Notes: generated by a model from the letters alone, not told the origin. A stretch of DNA of 57,856 nucleotides from Candidatus Nomurabacteria bacterium (GCA_025361085.1 JANYAX010000018.1:1-57856), one strand, 5' to 3'; positions 18,781-27,604 are shown, counted from the stretch's first letter. Numbers and translations are program-made.

Positions 18781-19356
18781 ATGATTGCTAGATTAGAAGG
18801 AATAATAGTTTATTCGACTGATAAATATATGATTATTGATGTTTCTGGAGTTGGGTACAAAGTTAATGTTACAAGTGAGACCCTGACGTCTTCGTTATTG
18901 GGAGATCACGTCTCTTTTTGGATCCATACAGCGGTTCGAGAGAATTCTATAGATTTATATGGCTTCAAAAATACAAATGAAATGTCATTTTTTGAACTAC
19001 TCCTCGATGTCTCAGGAATCGGGCCACGATCGGCACTTTCGATTCTTGCTATTGCCTCTATCGATACACTAAAGAGAGCAATCGCCACTGGAGATACTGG
19101 GTACCTAAACAAAGTTTCTGGGATTGGAAAGAAGACTGCAGAAAAAATAATTATCGAACTTCGTGACAAGTTACAGGATTACAAGAGTGACGGAGAGCCG
19201 GGACTACTTCGTGATGAAAGCGATATTCTCGAAGCACTCAAATCTCTCGGCTATTCACAAAACGAAGCTCGTGATGCACTCAAACAAGTTCCACCCACTA
19301 CTATCGGGACAAATGCTCGTATCAAGGAGGCATTGCAAGTATTGGGTAAAAGATAA
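18781..19356 (+). CDS. ruvA: Holliday junction DNA helicase subunit RuvA
   Basis: MIARLEG, GVGY, LYGF, VSGIGPRSAL, GIGKKTAEKIIIELRDK, ALKSLGYS. Confidence 0.96.
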   Translation: MIARLEGIIVYSTDKYMIIDVSGVGYKVNVTSETLTSSLLGDHVSFWIHTAVRENSIDLYGFKNTNEMSFFELLLDVSGIGPRSALSILAIASIDTLKRAIATGDTGYLNKVSGIGKKTAEKIIIELRDKLQDYKSDGEPGLLRDESDILEALKSLGYSQNEARDALKQVPPTTIGTNARIKEALQVLGKR

Positions 19357-19360
19357 AGCC

Positions 19361-20290
19361 ATGCCTGAATTACCTGAAGTCACCACAACAGTAAACGGAT
19401 TACAAAAAGTCCTTCCTGAGCTTATTATTTCTAATGTTTGGACAGATCTTTCAAAGAAGAACCAACCGATAAAACAATTCAAAGAAACAATAAAAGATGA
19501 AAGGTTTTTTAAAGAATTCAAAAAACTTGTTACCGGGAGTAAAGTGATCAAAGTAAAAAGAAGAGCAAAAAACATTTTGATAAATATCTCGGGTAACTAT
19601 ACCATACTGATCCATTTAAAAATGACAGGTCATCTTTTGTTTGGTAAATATGTTTTTGATAAAAAAAATAATAAATGGTTACCAGATAAGAATGAAAGAG
19701 AATCGTTATTTGACCCATATAATCGATTTATCCATGTTATTTTTGCTTTTTCAAATGGCAAACATTTAGCATTTTGTGACTCACGAAAGTTTGGGAAGGT
19801 AACACTCTTAAAAACTAGCGATATAGAAAAGCTACACTTCGAGAAGACTGGGCCCGAGCCACTTGAAAAGTCGTTCACTCTGACAAGTTTCAAATCTCGC
19901 TTACTTCTAAAACCGAATTGGAAAATAAAAACTGTTTTGATGGATCAAACTATTATTGCAGGGATTGGGAATATATATTCAGATGAAATGCTTTGGCTCG
20001 CTGGTATTCATCCTGAATCAAATCCCAAAAATGTGCCGACCGATAAACTCTCGAAACTTTATACTTCGATGAAAAAAGTCCTCACAAAAGGCATAGATTT
20101 CGGTGGGGATTCTATGTCTGACTATAGAAATATACATGGCGAAAGAGGAAATTTTCAAAATGAACATAATGTTTATAGAAAGAAAAATACCAAGTGTGGT
20201 AAAAGAGGTTGTAGTGGTGTTATAATGAGAAAAGTTATCAATGGGCGTAGTGCGCATTTTTGCAACGTTCATCAAAAATTATTTCATTAA
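19361..20290 (+). CDS. mutM: Formamidopyrimidine-DNA glycosylase
   Basis: MPELPEV start, HLKMTG, D.RKFG, AGIGNIYSDE, C-terminal Zn finger. Confidence 0.95.
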   Translation: MPELPEVTTTVNGLQKVLPELIISNVWTDLSKKNQPIKQFKETIKDERFFKEFKKLVTGSKVIKVKRRAKNILINISGNYTILIHLKMTGHLLFGKYVFDKKNNKWLPDKNERESLFDPYNRFIHVIFAFSNGKHLAFCDSRKFGKVTLLKTSDIEKLHFEKTGPEPLEKSFTLTSFKSRLLLKPNWKIKTVLMDQTIIAGIGNIYSDEMLWLAGIHPESNPKNVPTDKLSKLYTSMKKVLTKGIDFGGDSMSDYRNIHGERGNFQNEHNVYRKKNTKCGKRGCSGVIMRKVINGRSAHFCNVHQKLFH

Positions 20291-20419
20291 AAAGACTTGT
20301 CCCGTTAGAAGTCATATATGTTATATTATCTACGGGAAATTTTGTTAAGAAAATAATTAGGTTTCGATTTTATTAATTAATTTTATGTATGTCTTGTAAT
20401 CAAGACAACTTTTAATGGG

Positions 20420-20629
20420 ATGGCAGAAAAATCAAAAGATAAAAAAGACGATAAAAAACATCATCACAATAAAGGAGGAATGAATTTCGGAATGGAAGTA
20501 ATTATTTTTATTGTTGTTGTATTTATAATCTGGATACTAGCAGGAGGGGCAAAACAACCAGAACCACAAAGCCCATTGCTTGTACCAGATACAAACACTC
20601 CTCTATCACCTCTCGGTAATACTAATTAG
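20420..20629 (+). CDS. Small single-TM hypothetical protein
   Basis: Charged/His-rich N-terminus, hydrophobic helix, Pro-rich tail. Confidence 0.6.
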   Translation: MAEKSKDKKDDKKHHHNKGGMNFGMEVIIFIVVVFIIWILAGGAKQPEPQSPLLVPDTNTPLSPLGNTN

Positions 20630-21104
20630 GTCTAAGTATTCCAAATAGTGCTATCCCACAAGCGACTGAAACATTCAGAGATTCTTTTTTGCCGTGCATA
20701 GGTATTTCGGCAATGACATCACATTTGTCTAAAACCTTTTTATCGAGACCTAAAACTTCTGGCCCCATAATGATAGCAACTTTATTCGCAATTTTTATTT
20801 TACGATAATCTATCGCCTTTTTATCTTGCTCAATAGCAATAATTTGATAGCCGTCTTTTTTAAGACTGTTAATAAGAGGAGCGACTTTTTCTTTATATCC
20901 CCATGGGATCCAAGTTTCTGCACCGAGTGCACTTTTGGCAATATCTTTCTGAATTCTTCCAAATTTGTCTGTCGGTCTTGGTGTCCACCCCGTCAAATAT
21001 ATTTTTGAAATCCCGACCGCATCAGCAGTTCGAAAAATCGCGCCAACATTTATAGCCGAACGAATATCAGGAAGAATTAAAATACTTTCAACTCCATTTT
21101 TCAT
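20622..21104 (-). CDS. SpoU/TrmH-family RNA methyltransferase
   Basis: IRSAINVGAIFRTADA, GPEVLG, IPMHGKKESLNVSVA. Confidence 0.93.
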   Translation of the reverse strand: MKNGVESILILPDIRSAINVGAIFRTADAVGISKIYLTGWTPRPTDKFGRIQKDIAKSALGAETWIPWGYKEKVAPLINSLKKDGYQIIAIEQDKKAIDYRKIKIANKVAIIMGPEVLGLDKKVLDKCDVIAEIPMHGKKESLNVSVACGIALFGILRPN

Positions 21105-21140
21105 CTCCCCATTCTAGCATTTTAATTAATATTAAAATTG

Positions 21141-21169
21141 TTGACAAATACTACTTATTTTGTTATAAT
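21141..21169 (+). promoter_or_regulatory. Perfect consensus sigma70 promoter
   Basis: TTGACA-N17-TATAAT with extended TG. Confidence 0.8.
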
Positions 21170-21203
21170 ATAGATAAATAATTAAAACCAAAAACGCATT
21201 CTT

Positions 21204-21848
21204 ATGGAAAAAAGTCCAAAATTGGGAAAAACCCCAAGTTGTACTCAGGATGAAATCAATACTATCCTGAAAAAATGGGGAAGTTCGATAGTGGGTCATA
21301 TGATTGTCCCCAGGGTTAAGAGAACCTTCATGTCAATGGAAATCGTGAATCGAGAGTCTTTTGATGAAATGTCAGTTTTTTTCAAAGAAGAAAAGTACTC
21401 TAACCGAAAATTATTCGACATTGAGATGTTTGAATCGGGCCACTTAATAAGGGTGCTGTTCTTCTATAATGAAACCGACAAAAATGAAATAGCAGAAATG
21501 TTGTCGGGTGTAAAAAATAAAAAGAAGAAGACATCAGTAAGCCATGAACAGCTGAAAGTAAAAGACGCTTTAATTGTGGAAGTTGTGATTATCCCCGTTG
21601 AAGAACCAATTGTGGAGGAAATCATAATGACACCTGCAGAGGAACCAATCGTGGAGATAATCTCTGAAGAACCTGCAATTGAAACAGTTGGAAAAGAGGA
21701 ATTGGTAATACCCCCTTCCCCCGAGAAAAGAAAAAGGCGAGAGCCAAAGCGAAAACAGCGAGTGTCTCCTGTAAAACTATTACTTCTTGGGAATTCATCA
21801 CCCAGAGTGGTGAACGGAATCAAGATAAGATTTCCAAGATGCGCATAA
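21204..21848 (+). CDS. Hypothetical protein with EEPIVE repeats and basic C-terminus
   Basis: 214-aa ORF between a consensus promoter and a terminator. Confidence 0.7.
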   Translation: MEKSPKLGKTPSCTQDEINTILKKWGSSIVGHMIVPRVKRTFMSMEIVNRESFDEMSVFFKEEKYSNRKLFDIEMFESGHLIRVLFFYNETDKNEIAEMLSGVKNKKKKTSVSHEQLKVKDALIVEVVIIPVEEPIVEEIIMTPAEEPIVEIISEEPAIETVGKEELVIPPSPEKRKRREPKRKQRVSPVKLLLLGNSSPRVVNGIKIRFPRCA

Positions 21849-21854
21849 AAAAGG

Positions 21855-21879
21855 AAGCCGTGGAGATAATCCACGGCTT
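21855..21879. terminator. Bidirectional terminator
   Basis: AAGCCGTGGA-GATAA-TCCACGGCTT flanked by A and T tracts. Confidence 0.75.
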
Positions 21880-21885
21880 TATTTT

Positions 21886-22890
21886 TTATGCACAAAATTG
21901 TTTTAAACCCTTCAAAGCAACCTTGGAATATTGAAGCTTTTTGAGAGCGCGAACCTTTATTTGTTTGACTCTTTCTTTTGTCAGATTCAAATCAAAAGCT
22001 ATATCTTCCAAACATTGCTCTTGCTGACCGAGAACACCATAGCATCGACACAAAATATATGCAGATCTCACTCTGGCAATAATACTTTTCACTTCTCTTT
22101 CTTCCAGATTGAAATCTGACATAATCTGCTTAATGTTCTGTTTCTTGACGGGATTTATTCCGAAGTATCTAAAGAAAATTTTGTAACAATCACCGTTGCA
22201 ACAAAAGACAGTATCGAGCACGGTCTTCAAATTAACAACCAATGATTCTTTTCTCAACAAATTAGATTCGGGACTTAAAGATTCTTTGTCTTCAATAACA
22301 GATAGTAAATTCCCGCTGTCTTCTTCGTCAGAAAATTTCTTGTCGAGAGAAAGTGCCCTTTCTCCCATTCCTTCAATAGAAGAAATCTCATCTTCATCTT
22401 TCTCTAATAAATCGGCTAACTCCCAATTATCTGGGTAACGACTTTTTTCCTGAAAAAATTTTTCTTTTTGACGCCCAACTTGGTTAATTAGAGAAATCTT
22501 ATTTAAGGGAAGTCTAACTATTCTGGCCTGTTGTGCCAAAGCTTGCAAAATAGATTGGCGAATCCACCAAACGGCATAGGAAATGAATTTGAACCCTCTG
22601 GTTTCGTCAAATCTTTTAGCCGCCGTGATAAGCCCAATATTCCCTTCATTTATGAGATCAGGCAAACTAAGGCCTTGGTTCTGGTATTGTTTCGCAACAG
22701 ATACAACAAAACGTAGGTTTGCTTGTATCATCTTTCCGAGAGCCCGTTCGTCACCAGCTTTTATGCGCACTGCTAGTTCAACTTCTTTCTCAGGGGCGAT
22801 AAGCACACTACATTCTTTTATCTCTTGAAGATACGTGTCTAAAGAATTATCACGACTTGTGATCTTCTTGGTTATTTTTAATTGTCTCAT
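21886..22890 (-). CDS. RpoD/SigA-family sigma factor of Bacteroidota type, no region 1.1, duplicated region 4
   Basis: MRQLKITKKIT.R, ANLRFVVSVAKQYQNQGLSLPDLINEGN, FDETRGFKFISYAVWWIRQSILQAL, RIVRLPLNK, LT.ERV.QI. Confidence 0.92.
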   Translation of the reverse strand: MRQLKITKKITSRDNSLDTYLQEIKECSVLIAPEKEVELAVRIKAGDERALGKMIQANLRFVVSVAKQYQNQGLSLPDLINEGNIGLITAAKRFDETRGFKFISYAVWWIRQSILQALAQQARIVRLPLNKISLINQVGRQKEKFFQEKSRYPDNWELADLLEKDEDEISSIEGMGERALSLDKKFSDEEDSGNLLSVIEDKESLSPESNLLRKESLVVNLKTVLDTVFCCNGDCYKIFFRYFGINPVKKQNIKQIMSDFNLEEREVKSIIARVRSAYILCRCYGVLGQQEQCLEDIAFDLNLTKERVKQIKVRALKKLQYSKVALKGLKQFCA

Positions 22891-22997
22891 AGCTATGGTT
22901 TTTAAGGTTTTTCTTATTTATACCACAACAGTAACAAAATATATACTGTTGATTTTATCCCATAAATATGGTATTTTTGATAAATCGTGCAATATAT

Positions 22998-23070
22998 CCG
23001 CTCGTAGCTCAGTTGGTAGAGCAGCTCCCTTTTAAGGAGATGGTCGTAGGTTCGATTCCTACCGAGCGGA
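22998..23070 (+). tRNA. tRNA-Lys(TTT)
   Basis: CCGCTCG...CGAGCGG-A, anticodon loop CTTTTAA, GGTTCGATTCC. Confidence 0.95.
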
Positions 23071-23118
23071 CAATAATAAAAGCCTTAAGAAATTAAGGTT
23101 TTTATTATTGTCCGCTCG
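23063..23118. terminator. 26-bp hairpin overlapping the tRNA-Lys 3' end
   Basis: CGAGCGGACAATAATAAAAGCCTTAA-GAAA-TTAAGGTTTTTATTATTGTCCGCTCG. Confidence 0.75.
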
Positions 23119-23270
23119 AGCAAGAGAACTGCTTCTCTTGAGTGTAGGCCTTCGGCTCTGAGAGCTCAGGTTCGATGAGAATCGAAAACCTTTTCCACAT
23201 GAGTGTACTCGCGAATGGAAAAGGTGTACTGAACCTGTAAGCTTCGATAAGCGTACTCGCGGTCCTGCCA
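23119..23270. repeat. Structured GC-elevated intergenic element
   Basis: Stems CAAGAGAA/TTCTCTTG, CAGGTTC/GAACCTG, ACCTTTTCCA/TGGAAAAGGT; direct repeat GTACTCGCG. Confidence 0.55.
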
Positions 23271-23311
23271 AACTTTTATGGAAAATTTGGGTTTATTGGT
23301 ATAATTACATT

Positions 23312-23884
23312 ATGCAACTAGAAACAAAAAGACTAATTTTAAGGGAACCAAAAATCAAAGACTGGAAAGATATCGTGGAAGGAATTGGAGATTATGACGT
23401 TGCTAAAATGATGGTAAGCGTTCCCTATCCATATGCCAAAAAAGATGCTCTGTGGTTTATTAAATTAAAAATAAAGGAACTAAAAAAGAAAGAACCGAAT
23501 GCTTACTTATTTTTTATTGAATTAAAATCAGAAAAGAAAGTTATTGGAGCAATTGAGGTTTTCAAAATTGATAGATTTCATGGAACCGGAGAAACAGGTT
23601 CGTGGATTAATAAGAAATACTGGAGGAATGGATACATAACTGAAGCCAAAATAGCCCTCAACGATTTCGCATTTAATAAAATTAAGTTAAGAAGATTAGA
23701 TTCTCCTATTTTTAAAGATAATATAGCTTCAAATGCTACTCAAATTAAAATGGGTTATGTTTTAGAGGGAGTGATGAGAAAAGTACATCGCAGTAAGGCA
23801 ACAGGTAAAATCCATGATATAAATATGTATGGCCTCTTAAAAGAGGATTGGAAGAAAAAAAGAATTAGTTTAATAAAAGAATAA
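23312..23884 (+). CDS. RimJ/RimL-family GNAT N-acetyltransferase
   Basis: LETKRLILR, YWRNGYITEA, NIASNA...MGYVLEG. Confidence 0.92.
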   Translation: MQLETKRLILREPKIKDWKDIVEGIGDYDVAKMMVSVPYPYAKKDALWFIKLKIKELKKKEPNAYLFFIELKSEKKVIGAIEVFKIDRFHGTGETGSWINKKYWRNGYITEAKIALNDFAFNKIKLRRLDSPIFKDNIASNATQIKMGYVLEGVMRKVHRSKATGKIHDINMYGLLKEDWKKKRISLIKE

Positions 23885-23918
23885 TTTAAGAATCTCAACT
23901 TTCTGATATAATAAAAAT

Positions 23919-24554
23919 ATGAATGAAAACATAGAAATATATGATCTAAATAATAATTTTATTTCGAATCAAAATAGAAAAGAATTTTATGATGAGACCA
24001 AAAAGGAATTTATGCAAAATGGTTCAATATCTAAAAAGGTTAAAACTATTCGTGTTTTACTAATGAACTCATTAGGAAGAATATATTTACAGAAAAGAAG
24101 TCCACTAAAAACTGAAAACTCAAATATGTATGATAAAACAGTAGGAGGACACGTTGCTGCTGGTAGTAGCTTTGAGTTGACTACCGTAAAGGAGTGCGCG
24201 GAAGAATTGGGTTTTCCGTCTACTATTGTTTCAGAAGATGAATTTGAAACCGCGATTAGCTCAATAGATTTAAAAATAATTGCGATATTAAAAAAAGTTG
24301 ATTACATACAAGATTTTCAATCAGTTAGAATTTTAAAAGATAAAAATAAGTTCGTTCAACCATATATGACCGAAATATATATTGGTTATTATGATGGACC
24401 TGTTAGATTTGCCGACGGAGAAAGTAGCGGGATAGAAACATTCTCGATAGAAGAAATTAAAAATGAAATTGCTCAAAATCCTAGCAAGTTTACAGAGGAC
24501 ATAAAATTTATGATAGAAGAATACTATAGTCTTTTATTGCCTGTTGTTAAATAA
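23919..24554 (+). CDS. NUDIX hydrolase (IDI/YfcD-like)
   Basis: YLQKRS..K, GGHVAAG.....TTVKECAEELG. Confidence 0.85.
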   Translation: MNENIEIYDLNNNFISNQNRKEFYDETKKEFMQNGSISKKVKTIRVLLMNSLGRIYLQKRSPLKTENSNMYDKTVGGHVAAGSSFELTTVKECAEELGFPSTIVSEDEFETAISSIDLKIIAILKKVDYIQDFQSVRILKDKNKFVQPYMTEIYIGYYDGPVRFADGESSGIETFSIEEIKNEIAQNPSKFTEDIKFMIEEYYSLLLPVVK

Positions 24555-24582
24555 TCTTCTTCAACATTATAAAATAATACCC

Positions 24583-24617
24583 GTTAAAATACATAGGACG
24601 GTCCTATGTATTTTAAC
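24583..24617. repeat. REP-like palindrome with 1-nt centre
   Basis: GTTAAAATACATAGGAC-G-GTCCTATGTATTTTAAC. Confidence 0.75.
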
Positions 24618-24670
24618 TTTTTATGACAATCCTTTATTGATGTAGATAGGATAAAATAGGGGGTATTTGA

Positions 24671-24788
24671 ACTTCTAATTTACTTCTAATTTTAGTATAA
24701 TTAGAAGATTGTTAATAATATGCTTTAATATAAGGATATTTTGCGGGTATTGCTAATTTACTTCTAATTTTGCTATAATTAGAAGTAA
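24671..24788 (+). promoter_or_regulatory. Duplicated operator/promoter upstream of fic
   Basis: Two copies of CTTCTAATT-N7-AATTAGAAG (24683-24707 and 24761-24785), each overlapping TATAAT. Confidence 0.7.
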
Positions 24789-24802
24789 CAAAATATATAA
24801 TT

Positions 24803-26149
24803 ATGAAAATACAAAAAGCACCAAATTGGAAAGATTACATAACAAAAGAAGATTTTTTAGAGAAAGCACTCTCCTCTTCTGAACTGAGAGCATTACAGAA
24901 AAAGGCCCAAAAAGATTACATGTACTGGGATACTTTCAAGTATCAAAACATGCCCGGCAACTTTTCATCAGAAGAGGCTTGGGCATTTGTAAAACTAGAA
25001 AGAATTGGTCTATACCAAGAAACCCCTGTTAAGTCTACTAATGCAAAGAAATTTCAACTAGCAATCACAAACACATTAAGTCAAAAGCTAAATTTTATTG
25101 ATACAAATGCCTCAGGATTGAAGATGAACAAGATTTCCGAAGCTCAAAAAAATAAATTTATATTAACTGGTTTAACAGAAGAAGCTATCGCAACCAGCCA
25201 ACTCGAGGGTGCAAATACTACAAGAAAGATTGCAAAAGAAATGTTAGCTTCACAGAGAAAACCAAGAACAAGGGATGAGCAAATGATAATAAACAGTTAT
25301 CAAATGATGCAAAAACTAATCACATGGAAAGATTTAGATTTGAGCGAAGAAATGCTTTTAGAAATACAAACTATAGTTACAGAAAAAACACTTGATGACG
25401 TAAAAGATCAGGGAAGATTCAGAAATGATAATGATGATATCGTTGTAAAAGACAGAACAACAGATGAAGTAGTTCATACACCACCCAAAGAGAAAGAAAT
25501 GCTTTCGGAATTAAAAGAATTGATTGAATTTGCCAACAAAAAAGAAGGGGATGATTGTGAAGATTTCATACACCCAGTTATTAAGGCCACCATTTTGCAT
25601 TTCTGGGTTGCATATTTGCACCCCTTTGTCGATGGGAATGGAAGAACAGCCAGGGCTGTATTTTATTGGTATTTATTAAAACACAATTATTGGCTTGTTG
25701 AATATTTAACAATATCAAGAGCTATAATCCACTCTAGGAAAAAATATGATAATGCATTTATTTATTCAGAAAGTGAAAATGATTTAACTTATTTTGCTTT
25801 TTACATAGCTGATTCATTTAAAACAGCGATTGTAAAATTTATAGATTATTTCAATGAAAAAATTCAAGAAATTGAAGAATTCAAAAAAGTTGCTGACAAA
25901 TTGGAAAATTACAATCCTAGACAAATTGCTCTGTTAAATTATTTTTTAGAAAAAAGTAATTATTCACCAGCAGAAGTTAAAATACACCAAGCAAGACACG
26001 GTGTATCTCACCAAACGGCTAGCAACGATTTAATTGAACTTGTTCAAAAAGGATTATTGACTAAGATTGCAAACAAAAGAAAACATATATATATGCCAAA
26101 TATTGAAAAAATTAAAAAACTACTAGGTAAAACAAAAAATATCTCTTAA
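24803..26149 (+). CDS. Fic-family protein with C-terminal HTH
   Basis: HPFVDGNGRTAR, TSQLEG inhibitory-type motif, VSHQTASNDL..L HTH. Confidence 0.93.
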   Translation: MKIQKAPNWKDYITKEDFLEKALSSSELRALQKKAQKDYMYWDTFKYQNMPGNFSSEEAWAFVKLERIGLYQETPVKSTNAKKFQLAITNTLSQKLNFIDTNASGLKMNKISEAQKNKFILTGLTEEAIATSQLEGANTTRKIAKEMLASQRKPRTRDEQMIINSYQMMQKLITWKDLDLSEEMLLEIQTIVTEKTLDDVKDQGRFRNDNDDIVVKDRTTDEVVHTPPKEKEMLSELKELIEFANKKEGDDCEDFIHPVIKATILHFWVAYLHPFVDGNGRTARAVFYWYLLKHNYWLVEYLTISRAIIHSRKKYDNAFIYSESENDLTYFAFYIADSFKTAIVKFIDYFNEKIQEIEEFKKVADKLENYNPRQIALLNYFLEKSNYSPAEVKIHQARHGVSHQTASNDLIELVQKGLLTKIANKRKHIYMPNIEKIKKLLGKTKNIS

Positions 26150-26194
26150 TTTACAAAGGTTTTATAGGTATTCTTTAGGTTATCCCCACCCTCA

Positions 26195-27571
26195 TAGTAT
26201 TTTCCAATCCCTAATTTACACCCAAATCATATCATATTTTACTAATCTCCTTAAATAATTTTGTCCTCATTTCGTGTACTTTTTCCGCTTCCTCAAAATG
26301 AGTTTTCGACCTCGATATTTTTTCTAATGATTCTTTTGTAATTCCTTCTTTTAAATATTTCTCACAATCAGGTAATGAAAGAAGTTTTTGTATTGGTGTC
26401 ATATATGTCTCATATTTCTTTTTAATCTTTCCTCTATCATCTACATAATCAGTTGCAAAACCACAATATCGATGAAAATTTATATATGGATTTAAATATT
26501 CTTCGTAAAAGTAATTAACCCTATCTGCGTGTCTCTTTGGTATATGAGAGTATCCCATATACTTTCTAATTATCGACCCATTCTTTCCTTCATTCAAAGC
26601 ATTATCTTCACTATGTCTTGACCTAGATTTTGTTTGATCAATTACCATTTTTTTTAATAATCCTGCCACCTGATAATTTATATATTCGCTTCCGTTATCA
26701 GAATGAAATTCAAATATTTTAAAAGGGAAAGTATTCAATAATTTCTCTAGTAATGGAAGGAGAAAATACTCACTAATTCCTTCTACACAACCTACATATT
26801 CAATCTGTGTTACTTCATCAATCAGATTGATATGATATACCCCCTTTTCTTTGTCCAAATCTCCCTGATGTACCGAATCCACCCTTATATACCCAGTCTT
26901 TCCAAATGGTTCTGGTTTCTTCCTTATACCTATATCTCTTTGTACTGGATTAGTTTTTGTGTAATACAAAGACCTAGTTTCATACACATGAGTCTTCTTT
27001 AGATTATACAAATGGGATACTGAAATCTTTGCTAATTTTTCAAATCTTAAATCATTAAAATCTTTGTACATACTTTTACACATTTCTTTTATTGCTCTTC
27101 CGTTTTGATTCAATGTTACATTTGATACTTTTGCCAGAAGAGAAATATCAGAAGGTTGGTAGAAAGTTTGAAAATTATTTTGTGTTCTTTCTTTTACAAA
27201 TATCTTTCCAAACTTTCTTTTTCTTGCAATTAATTTATCAACTGAATCATCAGCATATCCAGTCATATTAACAATATACTTTTTAACTATACCTTTATCC
27301 TTCTTTTCTAAAGAAAAGTATTTAAATTTCCCTAATGTTTTATTAACCCACTCATATGTTTCGACCTTACTACTGTTACTTTTAAATTTGGCACTATTTG
27401 AAAGTTTTGAAAACTCCTTAAGTTGTGTCACACTTGTTAAATGATCATCTATTATGTCCATAGTCATATATTGATATGATACATTGATTCATTGTTTTAG
27501 GAGCCCTTTTGGGCTCCTTTTACGTTGGAATCCATTTTCATTTGGGTGTAAATGTGCGTTGGACAAGACTA
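26195..27571 (-). mobile_element. Insertion sequence with DDE transposase and imperfect terminal inverted repeats
   Basis: TAGTATTTTCCAA...ATTTACACCCAAAT (26195-26227) vs ATTTGGGTGTAAAT...TTGGACAAGACTA (27540-27571); no target duplication seen. Confidence 0.8.
26232..27467 (-). CDS. DDE (rve integrase-core) transposase
   Basis: RVDSVHQGD, FHSDNGSEYIN, SRSRHSEDNALNEGKNG. Confidence 0.92.
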   Translation of the reverse strand: MTMDIIDDHLTSVTQLKEFSKLSNSAKFKSNSSKVETYEWVNKTLGKFKYFSLEKKDKGIVKKYIVNMTGYADDSVDKLIARKRKFGKIFVKERTQNNFQTFYQPSDISLLAKVSNVTLNQNGRAIKEMCKSMYKDFNDLRFEKLAKISVSHLYNLKKTHVYETRSLYYTKTNPVQRDIGIRKKPEPFGKTGYIRVDSVHQGDLDKEKGVYHINLIDEVTQIEYVGCVEGISEYFLLPLLEKLLNTFPFKIFEFHSDNGSEYINYQVAGLLKKMVIDQTKSRSRHSEDNALNEGKNGSIIRKYMGYSHIPKRHADRVNYFYEEYLNPYINFHRYCGFATDYVDDRGKIKKKYETYMTPIQKLLSLPDCEKYLKEGITKESLEKISRSKTHFEEAEKVHEMRTKLFKEISKI

Positions 27572-27575
27572 GTGG

Positions 27576-27604
27576 TTGCAAAATAATGCTTTTTCTGGTA
27601 TTAT
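27576..27604 (+). promoter_or_regulatory. Probable rpsB-tsf promoter
   Basis: TTGCAA-N17-TATTAT with extended TG, followed by a ~150-nt structured leader. Confidence 0.55.

Noticed and set aside
19163-19360. N-terminal extension of MutM overlapping ruvA
   Set aside because: Fpg needs the catalytic Pro at position 2; the real start is ATG 19361
23059-23271. 70-aa minus-strand ORF
   Set aside because: TTG start, lies over palindromic non-coding element and tRNA end
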